This document shows positions 22,552 to 32,075 of a stretch of DNA of 64,000 bases, piece by piece (within the stretch, counting starts at the first letter, position 1; every line of letters begins with the position of its first letter). The position numbers and the translations under genes are program-made. This stretch comes from Deltaproteobacteria bacterium (GTDB lineage Bacteria; Desulfobacterota_D; UBA1144; Nemesobacterales; CSP1-2), in assembly GCA_052390235.1 (NCBI GenBank), contig JBQTHB010000005.1:416001-480000 (forward strand). The letters run 5' to 3'. Below the pieces are notes generated by a model. That model had not been told where the DNA came from, ran no database searches, and saw only the letters and a program-made list of their open reading frames with translations.

Positions 22552-24318
22552 TTAATTGTCTCCGGCGGTTGTTCTTACCACTTCTTCAACCGTGGTAACG
22601 CCCTGTTTGAGCTTTCTAAGCGCGCTCTGCCGGAGGGTTCTCATCCCCTGCCTTACGGCTTCGCGCCTCAATTCAAGGGCCGAGGCGCCGCTTATTATAA
22701 ACTCCCTTAACTCCTCTGAAATCGTCATAACCTCATACACCGCGACCCTGCCCCTATATCCCGTTCCGAGGCAATTTTTACAGCCGTCCCCTTTGCCTTT
22801 GTAAAGTATATAGTCGGATATTTCTTTTGGTGATACTCCAAGCTCAATTAAAATCTGGGGCGAAACGTCAATATTTTCCCTGCACACTCCGCAGACTTTT
22901 CTAATGAGCCTCTGGGCTACTACGGCGTTTAGCGATGCCGTTACCAAGAACGGCTCAACGCCCATGTTGAGCAGTCTCGTAACCGTTGAAGGGGCGTCGT
23001 TGGTGTGGAGGGTGGACAGCACTAGGTGTCCCGTGAGGGCGGCTTTAATGGCGATTTCGGCGGTTTCGTAGTCTCGGACTTCGCCCACTAGAATAATGTC
23101 CGGGTCTTGCCTGAGGAAAGAGCGAAGGCAGGAACTGAAGCTCAGTCCTATTTCGTCGTGAACCTGCACCTGATTCACTCCCGTAAGGCTGTATTCAACC
23201 GGGTCTTCGGCTGTGCAGATGTTTACATCCGCCCGGTTCAGCTCCATGAGCCCTGAGTAAAGCGTCGTTGTCTTGCCGCTTCCCGTGGGGCCCGTGAGCA
23301 GAACCATGCCGTAGGGTTTATAGATTGCGTCTCTGAATCCGGCAAGTTGGTCTTGCTCGAATCCGAGCTTCGTGAGGTCAAGCTGAAGGGACTCTTTATC
23401 GAGAAGCCGCATCACGATTTTCTCTCCGAAAATGGTCGGCACTACAGAGACGCGGAATTCCATATTTTTGCCCTTCGAGAGTTTCAGCTTGATTCTGCCG
23501 TCCTGCGGGAGTCTGCGCTCGGCAATATCGAGATTTGCCATGACCTTCACCCTCGAGGAGACGGCGTTTCTGAGCTTAAGCGGGGGGCGCACGGAATCAT
23601 AAAGCACGCCGTCAATCCTGTATCTCACTCTGAACTCTCTTTCGTAAGGCTCGATGTGGATGTCGCTCGCCTCGCGCCTAATGGCATCGAGCAGGATGTG
23701 GTTGACGAGCCTTATGACGGGGGCTTGCTCGGAGGCTTTTTCAAGCTCGCTTACGTCAATCTCTTGGTCGCCCTTGATGTCTAGGACGAACTCCTCAAGC
23801 TCCCCGATGAGCTGGATGACCTTGCCCTCGCTCTCCTGGGCTTTGACCTTTGCTTCCCACTCTTTTTGAGTGCCGTAGCTTTTGTCAATTGATTTTTTTA
23901 TTGACAGCTCGGAGGCGACCATGACCTCGATGTTTCTGCCCGTGGCGAATTTTAAGTCGTCTATGGCGAATATATTAGAGGGGTCAGCCATTGCCACGAC
24001 GAGATTCGCCCCAGATAGGTTTATCGGCACGAGCTTGTGCTTTGTCGCCGATTCCCTTGAGACGAGCTTTACGGCTTCTTCCAAGATTTCGTATTGCTCC
24101 AGATTAACCGCCGGCACTCCGTACTGCTTGCTCAAGTAGGTTACAAGCATATTGTCGTCAATGTAGCCGAGGTTAATCAGCGCTTCGCCGAGACGCTTTC
24201 CGCTTTGCTTCTGCTCGTCGAGGGCGCTTCTGAGCTGGTCTAGGCTTATGACGTCCTCACGGATTAAGATGTCTCCGATGCGGGCGTTTGTATGTAGGCT
24301 TTGTCTCTTTGTACTCAT
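22552..24318 (-). CDS. pilB: Type IV pilus assembly ATPase PilB
   Basis: MshEN-like RIGDIL/RLGEAL N-terminus, ASDIHIEP, PQDGR, GPTGSGKTTT, LRQDPD, tetracysteine motif. Start taken at MSTKRQ. Confidence 0.95.
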   Translation of the reverse strand: MSTKRQSLHTNARIGDILIREDVISLDQLRSALDEQKQSGKRLGEALINLGYIDDNMLVTYLSKQYGVPAVNLEQYEILEEAVKLVSRESATKHKLVPINLSGANLVVAMADPSNIFAIDDLKFATGRNIEVMVASELSIKKSIDKSYGTQKEWEAKVKAQESEGKVIQLIGELEEFVLDIKGDQEIDVSELEKASEQAPVIRLVNHILLDAIRREASDIHIEPYEREFRVRYRIDGVLYDSVRPPLKLRNAVSSRVKVMANLDIAERRLPQDGRIKLKLSKGKNMEFRVSVVPTIFGEKIVMRLLDKESLQLDLTKLGFEQDQLAGFRDAIYKPYGMVLLTGPTGSGKTTTLYSGLMELNRADVNICTAEDPVEYSLTGVNQVQVHDEIGLSFSSCLRSFLRQDPDIILVGEVRDYETAEIAIKAALTGHLVLSTLHTNDAPSTVTRLLNMGVEPFLVTASLNAVVAQRLIRKVCGVCRENIDVSPQILIELGVSPKEISDYILYKGKGDGCKNCLGTGYRGRVAVYEVMTISEELREFIISGASALELRREAVRQGMRTLRQSALRKLKQGVTTVEEVVRTTAGDN

Positions 24319-24496
24319 GTGCTGCCTGAAGAAATCCCATTTACAGATGCGCAAACCTAAGGTCTCGCCGATACATCTGCCGTCCTGCTGTGGTTTACTC
24401 TCTAGCCCGGACGCTAATACACCAGTCAATTATACAATAAATACCGTTTCACTTACAACGGGCATCTGCTCTGCGGCGGAATTATAAAAGCGGCTA

Positions 24497-24534
24497 TTAA
24501 CGCCCGCTTAACCCGCGCTTAAAACATATTTAAC
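24497..24534 (+). promoter_or_regulatory. Four 11-bp-periodic direct repeats (Pho-box/OmpR-family type)
   Basis: TTAAC 24497, TTAAC 24508, TTAAA 24519, TTAAC 24530, just upstream of the GT2 gene. Confidence 0.65.
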
Positions 24535-24558
24535 CCTCCTCGGCAATAGTAATTACAG

Positions 24559-25287
24559 ATGACCATATCCCTCGACGAGCTTACGATAATTCTCCCCACG
24601 CGGAACGAAGCCCGAAACATCGCCCGCGCTCTCGCCTCCCTCCCCCCCGAAGTCGCCCTAATTGTCGTTGACGCAAGCTCGGATGAGACCCCGAACATTA
24701 TCTCGGAGGCACGGGCGCGCAACACCACAGTCATAAAAAAATCCTGCTCCGTAACCGAGGCGCGCCAAATCGGGGCTGACGCCGCAGGAACGGATTGGCT
24801 TCTGTTCACTGACGCCGACATCGTCTTTGCCCCCCGCTACTTTGAGAATCTCGAGAGCGGCGGCGCTGACCTCATCTACGGACCAAAACTCTCAAGGGAT
24901 GAATTCTCCGCCTACTACAGGTGGTTTGCGCGCGGACAGGGCTGGCTTCAGGCAATAGGCGTTCCGGCGGCTTCCGGCTCGAATCTGATAGTAAGGCGAT
25001 GCGCCCTCGCCTCGGCAGGGGGGTTTGACCTTCGCCTCCCCTGTAACGAAGACTCAGAGGCGGCTTGGAGGGTGGCTCGCGCGGGGTTTAAGACCCGATT
25101 CGCCCCGGATTTGATTGTCTATGCCTCAGACCACAGGAGGCTCAGCCGCGGAGCTGTCTGTAAGACTATGCACTCCCTAGCGAGGTGCGCGCTTCTATAT
25201 TTGAACCTCATGCCGAGCAGGTGGAGGGGGCATGATTGGGGATATTGGAAACACAGACGCGAGGAGGCGGACAATGGAATTAGATGA
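24559..25287 (+). CDS. Family 2 glycosyltransferase
   Basis: IILPTRNEA, VVDASSDET, FTDAD (DxD), GGFD..NEDSE. Confidence 0.9.
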   Translation: MTISLDELTIILPTRNEARNIARALASLPPEVALIVVDASSDETPNIISEARARNTTVIKKSCSVTEARQIGADAAGTDWLLFTDADIVFAPRYFENLESGGADLIYGPKLSRDEFSAYYRWFARGQGWLQAIGVPAASGSNLIVRRCALASAGGFDLRLPCNEDSEAAWRVARAGFKTRFAPDLIVYASDHRRLSRGAVCKTMHSLARCALLYLNLMPSRWRGHDWGYWKHRREEADNGIR

Positions 25288-25912
25288 GAACTGCGATGCG
25301 CGGGTAGCCGATTACGTATCCTACATAAAACCCGGATTCGCTGAGCGAGCGGCGGAGATTATATCGGCTTTGAGCAGTCCCCCGATTCTGGCTGTAGCCG
25401 GGATCATCGTCGGGGCGGAGACGATAAATCAGGACTACGCCCGAATTTGGACAGCGGCTTTTATTACTCTCTCTATAATCCCCCCAATACTGTACGTGCT
25501 GTGGCTTGTGCGGCGGGGCGGGGCGTCGAATTTTCATCTCGACGTGAGGAGCCACAGAACCCGTCCTCTGCTTGCCATACTCGGCAACAGCGCCCTTGTC
25601 TGGATGATATTTCTCATCGCCGGAGCGCCCGAGCTACTACTGGCGATAGCCGCCGCCGGATTTGCCGCCGTTGGGCTGATTCTCGCCGTTACGATGATAT
25701 GGAAAATCAGCGGACACGCGGCTTCCGCAGGCGGGATTACGGCAACGGTTTGCGTGCTATTCGGGCAGGACGCGCTCTTTGCGGCTGGGATTGTGCCGGT
25801 TGTGGCGTGGTCGCGGATACAACTCGGAAAACACACCCTCGCTCAAACCCTCGCCGGAGCGGCTCTGGGGGGAGCGATATTCACCGCCGCGCTCTACATC
25901 GCCGAAATTTGA
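25274..25912 (+). CDS. Membrane protein, PAP2-like C-terminus
   Basis: Multiple TM segments, WKISGH and WSRIQLGKHTLAQ motifs. Confidence 0.7.
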   Translation: MELDENCDARVADYVSYIKPGFAERAAEIISALSSPPILAVAGIIVGAETINQDYARIWTAAFITLSIIPPILYVLWLVRRGGASNFHLDVRSHRTRPLLAILGNSALVWMIFLIAGAPELLLAIAAAGFAAVGLILAVTMIWKISGHAASAGGITATVCVLFGQDALFAAGIVPVVAWSRIQLGKHTLAQTLAGAALGGAIFTAALYIAEI

Positions 25913-25960
25913 TTATATGAAAGCCGAAGCCGAACATAAACCCATGATAAGGATGAAATA

Positions 25961-26944
25961 ATGAAGCTCCTACTCGTAACAGACGCGTGGTTTCCCCAAG
26001 TAAACGGCGTAGTCCACACCCTCGATAACGTCATGAACATCATCCGAAAAAATCACGAAGTCCTCATCGTGCATCCGAACGTCGAGGGAGCGGAACACCT
26101 GTTCACCTTCTACTATGACATTCCATTTGTTAAAAATCCCCTTCAGGTCGTGAGGAAATATTACGCCAAATTCAAGCCAGACCGCGTTCACATCGCAACC
26201 GAGGGTAGTCTGGGGCTTGCGATGAGGCAGTTTTGTGTCGGCAACCGCATCGGATGCAACACCTCCTATCACACGCGCCTCGACGACTACGGCTGGATTC
26301 ACTACGGAGTGCCGAAATTCATCACCAAGCGCTATTTGAAGTGGTTTCACGGCTATAGCCGCAAGGTTCTGGTAACCACCCGGAGCATTGCCAAAATCCT
26401 AGGGCTTAAGAACTCGACGGTCTGGGGCAGGGGGGTTGACACCGCTCTATTTAAGAGAGAACCCGAGGTCTGCTCGCCTGAGAAAACGATAATTTTCGTC
26501 GGGCGCGTGAGCCGAGATAAAAACCTCGACGATTTCTGCCAAATCCCCGGACTGAGAAAAATCCTCGTTGGCGACGGTCCCTATCTTAGAACCCTCAAAT
26601 CCCGCTACCCAGATGTAGAATTTGCGGGCTATGTGCCGAATTCACAGCTCAGGCGCTGGTACGCGAAGGCTCAGGTGTTCGTCTTCCCAAGCAGATCCGA
26701 CACGTTCGGGCTTGTGATGCTAGAGGCTATGGCGTGCGGACTTCCCGTAGCCGCATACGACGTTCCCAGCCCCAGCGACATCGTTCAGACGGGGGTAACC
26801 GGGATTCTCGGAGATGATTTAGCCCAGAGCGTTGAGCGCGCCTTTGCGGATTTGGATAATTTATCCGAAAATGCCGTCCGCTACGCCGAATCCCAAAGCT
26901 GGCAGTCTATTGCCGACCAATTCGTAGCGCACCTGTGCGAGTAG
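25961..26944 (+). CDS. Family 4 glycosyltransferase (Agt-like glycolipid synthase candidate)
   Basis: VTDAWFPQVNGVV, HIATEG.LG, TSYHT, WGRGVD, VGRVSRDKN, FPSRSDTFGLVMLEAMACG. Confidence 0.88.
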   Translation: MKLLLVTDAWFPQVNGVVHTLDNVMNIIRKNHEVLIVHPNVEGAEHLFTFYYDIPFVKNPLQVVRKYYAKFKPDRVHIATEGSLGLAMRQFCVGNRIGCNTSYHTRLDDYGWIHYGVPKFITKRYLKWFHGYSRKVLVTTRSIAKILGLKNSTVWGRGVDTALFKREPEVCSPEKTIIFVGRVSRDKNLDDFCQIPGLRKILVGDGPYLRTLKSRYPDVEFAGYVPNSQLRRWYAKAQVFVFPSRSDTFGLVMLEAMACGLPVAAYDVPSPSDIVQTGVTGILGDDLAQSVERAFADLDNLSENAVRYAESQSWQSIADQFVAHLCE

Positions 26945-27055
26945 AGGGAGTCTGATTAATTCGCCCGTCCCTCCGGGCAGGATGAGAGTGAGCGGTTGCA
27001 AGCGATTTGGGCAAATACGGCCATAAGCTCTCGATCTATTGGCTGAGAGTATCTC

Positions 27056-28099
27056 TTACGCCCCCCAGCCGCCGAGCAGGAGGCTCTTTAGGCTGCCTTC
27101 TGACTCATTCGCCGCACACTCCAGCGCCTGCTCGACAATATCGGGGATTATATATTCGTACTTCGCCCTCATGGATTCGGGAGCGGGGGAGTTTATCCAG
27201 TCCTCAAGGGCGCGGGTGAAATTAGTGTCAATTTTTTTTATCGCTGCAACGCCCAGCCTTTTTAGGGCTTCGGCATTGCAGTCCTGCTCATATTGGCCTT
27301 TCATAGGCACAACCATGAGCTTTTTACCTAGAAAAAGGGCTTCCGCAGGCGTATCGAAACCCGCCCCGCACAGAAGTCCCTCGCAGCTCGTAAGACTCCT
27401 CGCAAACCCTCCGGCGCTTATCGGATGCACCGCGACGTTCCCATCAAAATACGTCGCACCTCTGTGATGCTTGGAGAAAACCTCCCAGCGAACATCCACC
27501 GCCTTTAACGCGTCTAGAATGTATCTCTCGTGGAAGGCGGGCAGATATACCGTGAAGTGTCCCGCGTCTCTCACCTCTGCGCACCGGATTTCCTCTCTTA
27601 TTACGGGGGTATGGATGAACGAGTCGTATTGCTCGAAATGAAACCCCACTGGCCTCTCGCACGGGGCGTACCACTTCATTACCGCCTCGGCCAGCCGATT
27701 TCGCCTTTTCGGTCTCGGAGTCAGGGGCGACAGGAACGAGGCATGATGCGACAGGGCGACGCTCGCAGTCCCCTTCATTTTCGCCGCCCACGCCGACACA
27801 GGCTCGAAATCGCTTATGACCAGGTCGTAGCGCTCCACGGGCAGAGCCGAAATATCGGAGATGAATTTGCTGAATTTCGCGTTTTTCACCGACCCCCAAT
27901 AGTCAATTCCCCCCTGTCTGCCGAAAACGAACCCAAGCCCTGCGAGGCGGAATTTCACGGGGAGTCCAATATCAATCTCGTGCTGGCTTTCGCTCAGAAG
28001 GATGTCAACCTCGGCGCGCTTTGATAGGTATTTGATTATCTCTTTCGAGCGGCTTATATGTCCGTTTCCCGTTCCTTGAATGCCGTATAGGATTTTCAT
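27056..28099 (-). CDS. GT-B glycosyltransferase (MJ1255/VC2487-like)
   Basis: MKILYGIQGTGNGHISR, DLVISDFEP, AGFDTPAEAL, GQYEQ..NA. Confidence 0.85.
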   Translation of the reverse strand: MKILYGIQGTGNGHISRSKEIIKYLSKRAEVDILLSESQHEIDIGLPVKFRLAGLGFVFGRQGGIDYWGSVKNAKFSKFISDISALPVERYDLVISDFEPVSAWAAKMKGTASVALSHHASFLSPLTPRPKRRNRLAEAVMKWYAPCERPVGFHFEQYDSFIHTPVIREEIRCAEVRDAGHFTVYLPAFHERYILDALKAVDVRWEVFSKHHRGATYFDGNVAVHPISAGGFARSLTSCEGLLCGAGFDTPAEALFLGKKLMVVPMKGQYEQDCNAEALKRLGVAAIKKIDTNFTRALEDWINSPAPESMRAKYEYIIPDIVEQALECAANESEGSLKSLLLGGWGA

Positions 28100-28105
28100 T
28101 GTCGG

Positions 28106-28819
28106 TTACTCCATCTGGTGCAGACGCACGCCGCCGTCGCCTATGGATATGTAATTCGAGGGCGTATCAGTCCAGCATCCGGCGTTGTAGTAGTGGACGT
28201 TCTCCGCCTGCATCGACATCGCCTCGTGGGTGTGTCCGCAGAATACGTAGCTTGCCCCTGTGCCGAGGGCGTATCCGACCGCCGATGCCGCCACTTTCTT
28301 CGAGAGGTCGAAAAGGGTCGTGGATTTCCTATCGAGATACCGCGATAGGACGTATTTTTTCGAGTCAATTCTGCGGGCAAGGCGGTGAAGCAGGCAGGCG
28401 GCTTCGGTCAAAATCGAGTTGTTCTTGATGAAATCGTCGAATTGATGACCGTGCATAGCGAGGTATTTTTTCCCTTTGTACTCCCAAGAGTATTCAATGC
28501 AGGATTTAATTCCGAGCAGAGTGGGGATGACCTGCCGGAGTCCCTCGTCGTGGTTTCCCTCTATCCAAACCACTTCCTTTCGGCGGGACAGTTGCTTGAT
28601 ATAGCTTATGAAATCCCAATGGAGCTTTGACATCTGCCCGAGGTTGAGGCTGTCGAACACGTCCCCAAGGAGTATGAGCCGCTCGAACGTCCACGATTCG
28701 AGTACTAGTTTTAACTCCTCGGCGCGGCTTAAGTCCGACCCAAGGTGGATGTCGGAGACAATTATCGTGTCGGTTTGGCTGAGCGCTTCGTGATGCGGGT
28801 TTGAATTAGCGTTTGTCAT
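28106..28819 (-). CDS. LpxH/PlcP-like metallophosphoesterase
   Basis: SDIHLG, LLGDVFD, EGNHD, MHGHQFD, CGHTH, YNAGCW. Confidence 0.85.
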   Translation of the reverse strand: MTNANSNPHHEALSQTDTIIVSDIHLGSDLSRAEELKLVLESWTFERLILLGDVFDSLNLGQMSKLHWDFISYIKQLSRRKEVVWIEGNHDEGLRQVIPTLLGIKSCIEYSWEYKGKKYLAMHGHQFDDFIKNNSILTEAACLLHRLARRIDSKKYVLSRYLDRKSTTLFDLSKKVAASAVGYALGTGASYVFCGHTHEAMSMQAENVHYYNAGCWTDTPSNYISIGDGGVRLHQME

Positions 28820-28863
28820 TTTTCTTTTTTACTTTAATTATGCGACTCGATTATTGCCGCAAT

Positions 28864-28890
28864 ATGAAAAAATCGTTAAGCAGAAATTAA
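28864..28890 (-). promoter_or_regulatory. 11-bp-periodic repeats upstream of the metallophosphoesterase
   Basis: Minus strand TTAAT (28886-90), TTAAC (28875-79), TTCAT (28864-68). Confidence 0.5.
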
Positions 28891-28958
28891 AGCCCTACTC
28901 CCCCACTGCGCGGGATTAAGATGGATACACTCGCCTCTGCGCGCATTTCTCTTGCCGC

Positions 28959-28996
28959 TTAAGCCCGAATTCACGGGTTTTTCATCTCCTATACAC
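28959..28996 (+). promoter_or_regulatory. 11-bp-periodic repeats upstream of the olsB-like gene
   Basis: TTAAG 28959, TTCAC 28970, TTCAT 28981, TACAC 28992. Confidence 0.5.
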
Positions 28997-29039
28997 AATT
29001 GCGCTCTAATCTGGTCAATATCAATAAAGGAGGCAATCC

Positions 29040-29900
29040 ATGATAGGCGATAAAATGGCTTCTCTTAAAAGCGCGGTATCCGATACAAACGCCCTCGTGC
29101 AGGCGTATATCTGGAAGCTCAAATTTTTTAAGCCCAAGGTTTTAATCTCGATGGATACGAGCAGATTCCTCATTAAAACCGCCGAGAATGGGTTTGAGCT
29201 TCAAAGGGCGCTAACCCTCAGATACGAGGTTTTCTACCGCGAGCTTCTGAACAAGAAATCATTTCTGCACATTGACATTGACAGGTTTGATTTCATCGCC
29301 GACCACTTGATAATTGTGGATAAGAGGTCTGACGAGGTCGTCGGCACTTACAGGCTCATCTCGTCCAATTTCTCGAATACCTTTTACTCTGAGAGCGAAT
29401 TTCAAATTGACCGCATCAAGGCTGATAAGCGGGGGAAACTGGAACTCGGCAGGGCGTGCGTTCACCGCGATTATAGAAATGGAGCGGTGATAACCCTTCT
29501 GTGGCGGGGGATTGTCGAGTACATGAAGGGCGTCGGGGCGAAGTATCTATTTGGATGCTCCAGCGTGAACACTACAAATCTCATCGAAATCGGTTTAATA
29601 TATGAGTACATGAAAGGGCTTTACCTATCCGCCGACGAATTCAGGGCGCATCCAAGGGGCAAGTACCGCGTTGACCCGATGGACAGATACGCCGCCGCGT
29701 TTGAGAAATTCGATATAAAAATGGAGGCGATTGAAGACCTAATTCCGCCGCTTGTGAAGATGTACCTCAAAGCCGGGGCTAGGGTCTGCGGCGAGCCTGC
29801 GTTGGATAGGAAATTCAAGTGCGCCGATTTCCTTACGATTCTCGATATGGAGCTTCTCGATAAATCTTTCGAGAGGAAGTATAGGGCTAAGAATGCTTAG
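29040..29900 (+). CDS. olsB: GNAT N-acyltransferase, OlsB-like (ornithine lipid synthesis)
   Basis: LRYEVF, DIDRFD..ADHL, VGTYR, FYSESEF, ELGRACVH.DYR, LFGCSS, YLKAGA.VCGEPALD..F.CAD. Confidence 0.8.
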   Translation: MIGDKMASLKSAVSDTNALVQAYIWKLKFFKPKVLISMDTSRFLIKTAENGFELQRALTLRYEVFYRELLNKKSFLHIDIDRFDFIADHLIIVDKRSDEVVGTYRLISSNFSNTFYSESEFQIDRIKADKRGKLELGRACVHRDYRNGAVITLLWRGIVEYMKGVGAKYLFGCSSVNTTNLIEIGLIYEYMKGLYLSADEFRAHPRGKYRVDPMDRYAAAFEKFDIKMEAIEDLIPPLVKMYLKAGARVCGEPALDRKFKCADFLTILDMELLDKSFERKYRAKNA

Positions 29901-30708
29901 AAAGTGCGTTAAAACTGCCTGTTTTCTGGCTCTTCTCGTTTTCTTTGCCTCGGCGACGGCTCTCGCGCGGCTTATCGCGCGGGGGGGGAATCAAAAAGCG
30001 TGGCTTGCGAAAATTGCATCCCTTAGCTCTTGGGCGCTTCTGCGCGCGCTTGGGGTGAGCGTTACGGTCAGGGATAATCAAAATATCCGGCAGTCCGCCA
30101 AAAATTATTTCATCGTATCGAACCACGTCTCGTACCTCGATATTTTCATCATCTCCTCTCTCGTCCCCTCGATATTCATCGCTAACTCCGAGCTTAAAGA
30201 CGACCCGCTCCTAGGGAACGTGATAAAGCTCGGCGGAGGGGTGTTTGTCGAGAGGAGAAACCGCTCGTCGCTCATGCAGGATATGGCATCAATTGGGGAT
30301 TTGCTCGGCGAGGGGGCAAATGTCGTCCTGTTTCCCGAAGGCACAACGTCCGACGGGGAGGGGCTTTTGCCGTTTAAATCCTCGTTCCTAGACCTTGCGG
30401 CGAGGGCCAAGTCCGATACCCTGCTCGTGTGCGTCAGGTACAGGGGCGTCAATGGCGATGAGATAACCCCGGAGAACCGCGACTTAATTTACTACTACGG
30501 CGGCATGAAGTTCTTCGAGCATTTCTTCCGCCTCATGGAGCAGAAATGCGTCTCTGCGGAGATCACTTTTATTGAGACCGTCCCGGCAGGCTCGCTCTCT
30601 AGGAAAGAGCTCGCCAAAAGGGCCTCGGAGGTCATCGCAGGGGTTTACGGGGTGAAATCCGCCTCTCCCCCATCTTCGGCGGGGACGAAGCAGGCATCCG
30701 CCGGGTAG
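29893..30708 (+). CDS. Lysophospholipid acyltransferase, OlsA/PlsC-like
   Basis: SNHVSYLD (HxxxxD), FPEGTTS. Overlaps the olsB-like stop. Confidence 0.85.
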   Translation: MLRKCVKTACFLALLVFFASATALARLIARGGNQKAWLAKIASLSSWALLRALGVSVTVRDNQNIRQSAKNYFIVSNHVSYLDIFIISSLVPSIFIANSELKDDPLLGNVIKLGGGVFVERRNRSSLMQDMASIGDLLGEGANVVLFPEGTTSDGEGLLPFKSSFLDLAARAKSDTLLVCVRYRGVNGDEITPENRDLIYYYGGMKFFEHFFRLMEQKCVSAEITFIETVPAGSLSRKELAKRASEVIAGVYGVKSASPPSSAGTKQASAG

Positions 30709-30811
30709 AGCGGGGGGGATTGCCCGCTCAAGCAAAGCGCGTTTATCCGCGAATCATCTTAGGTTAATTCGGCAATCCAATAGCCTTTTGTGATAAAATT
30801 ACATCTGCCGC

Positions 30812-31957
30812 ATGACCGCCGCCGAGAACCTCATAAAATCCCTTATCCGCCGCGCCGGCGCTATTACCTTTGCCCGTTTCATGGATATTGCCCTGTACCA
30901 CCCTGCGCATGGCTACTACACCTGCGCCGCAAATATCGGCAGGCGAGGGGACTATTACACAAGCCCCTCGGTGCATCGGGCGTTCGGTGAAACCATAGCA
31001 AATTTTATCGCCGAGGCGGCAGGGGTCATCCGCGCCGAGAATTTTTCAATCCTCGAGCCGGGCGCGGGAGCCGGGTTTTTAGCCCTCGATATTCTGGACG
31101 CCCTTCGCCGCACTGAGCCATCCATCTACGGAGCGGAGGGGTTTCGCTACACGGTGGTTGAGTCGAGCAGGCGGTCTCTGGAGGAGGCTGAGGGGAATCT
31201 GTCTGGGCATAGGGGCAAGGCGCGGTTTCTGTCCTCTCTGGCGGATTTGGGGGATGAATCCATCTGCGGAGTCGTCTTGTCAAACGAGTTTTTCGACGCG
31301 CTCGCGTTCCACCGCCTCAAGTTTCGGGCAGGGAAATTCGCCGAGATATTGGTCGGGCTTTGCGGGGAGGATTTTGCTGATATGCTGGCTGAGCCACAGG
31401 AGCCGGAATTGAAGCAATATCTCGCAAATTTGGGTTCTGAGTTTGCCGAAGGGCAGGAGATTGAAGCGAATCTGCGCGCCGGGCAGTGGATGCAGGATTT
31501 CTCCCGCGTATTGGAGCGGGGTTTCATCCTCACTATAGACTACGGATTTCTCGCGCCGGAGCTATTTCATCCATCCCGCATGAGGGGGACTTTCAGGTGC
31601 TTTCACAGGCACAGGCTCGGCGAAAATCCTTACGTCAACATTGGCTATCAGGACATTACGGCTCATGTCAATTTCAGCGACCTCATCAAGAGCGGCGACT
31701 CGCTTGGGTTTCGCGCTCTTAAATACACAGCTCAGGGGCAGTTCCTCGTTGATTGGGGAATCCTCGATATTATGCAAAGAGCGTCTGAAAAAGAGCGCGC
31801 CTCGATTAAAAACCTATTCTTGCCCGAAGCTATGGGAGGGAAATTTAAGGCCCTCTTGCAGGAGAGGGGCGCCGGAGTGTCCAGAGATTTTTATCCCCCC
31901 TCTCCGGTGAAAATTATCTTCCGGCCCCCCGGCGATAGATACCGAGGCTCGGAGTAG
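30812..31957 (+). CDS. SAM-dependent methyltransferase, MidA/NDUFAF7 family
   Basis: ITFARFMDIALYHP..GYY, GDYYTSP, EPGAGAG, NEFFDA, IDYG, QDITAHVNF. Confidence 0.9.
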   Translation: MTAAENLIKSLIRRAGAITFARFMDIALYHPAHGYYTCAANIGRRGDYYTSPSVHRAFGETIANFIAEAAGVIRAENFSILEPGAGAGFLALDILDALRRTEPSIYGAEGFRYTVVESSRRSLEEAEGNLSGHRGKARFLSSLADLGDESICGVVLSNEFFDALAFHRLKFRAGKFAEILVGLCGEDFADMLAEPQEPELKQYLANLGSEFAEGQEIEANLRAGQWMQDFSRVLERGFILTIDYGFLAPELFHPSRMRGTFRCFHRHRLGENPYVNIGYQDITAHVNFSDLIKSGDSLGFRALKYTAQGQFLVDWGILDIMQRASEKERASIKNLFLPEAMGGKFKALLQERGAGVSRDFYPPSPVKIIFRPPGDRYRGSE

Positions 31958-32075
31958 CGGCGCGCAAGTAGGTATGCCCAAACGCCCATCTGGAGCCATC
32001 TTGCTCTCGAATACCGCCTGAGTTATGATTAAAATCCTTAAAAACCGGCTTTGCTACCTCAAAGGAGATTCGCGG

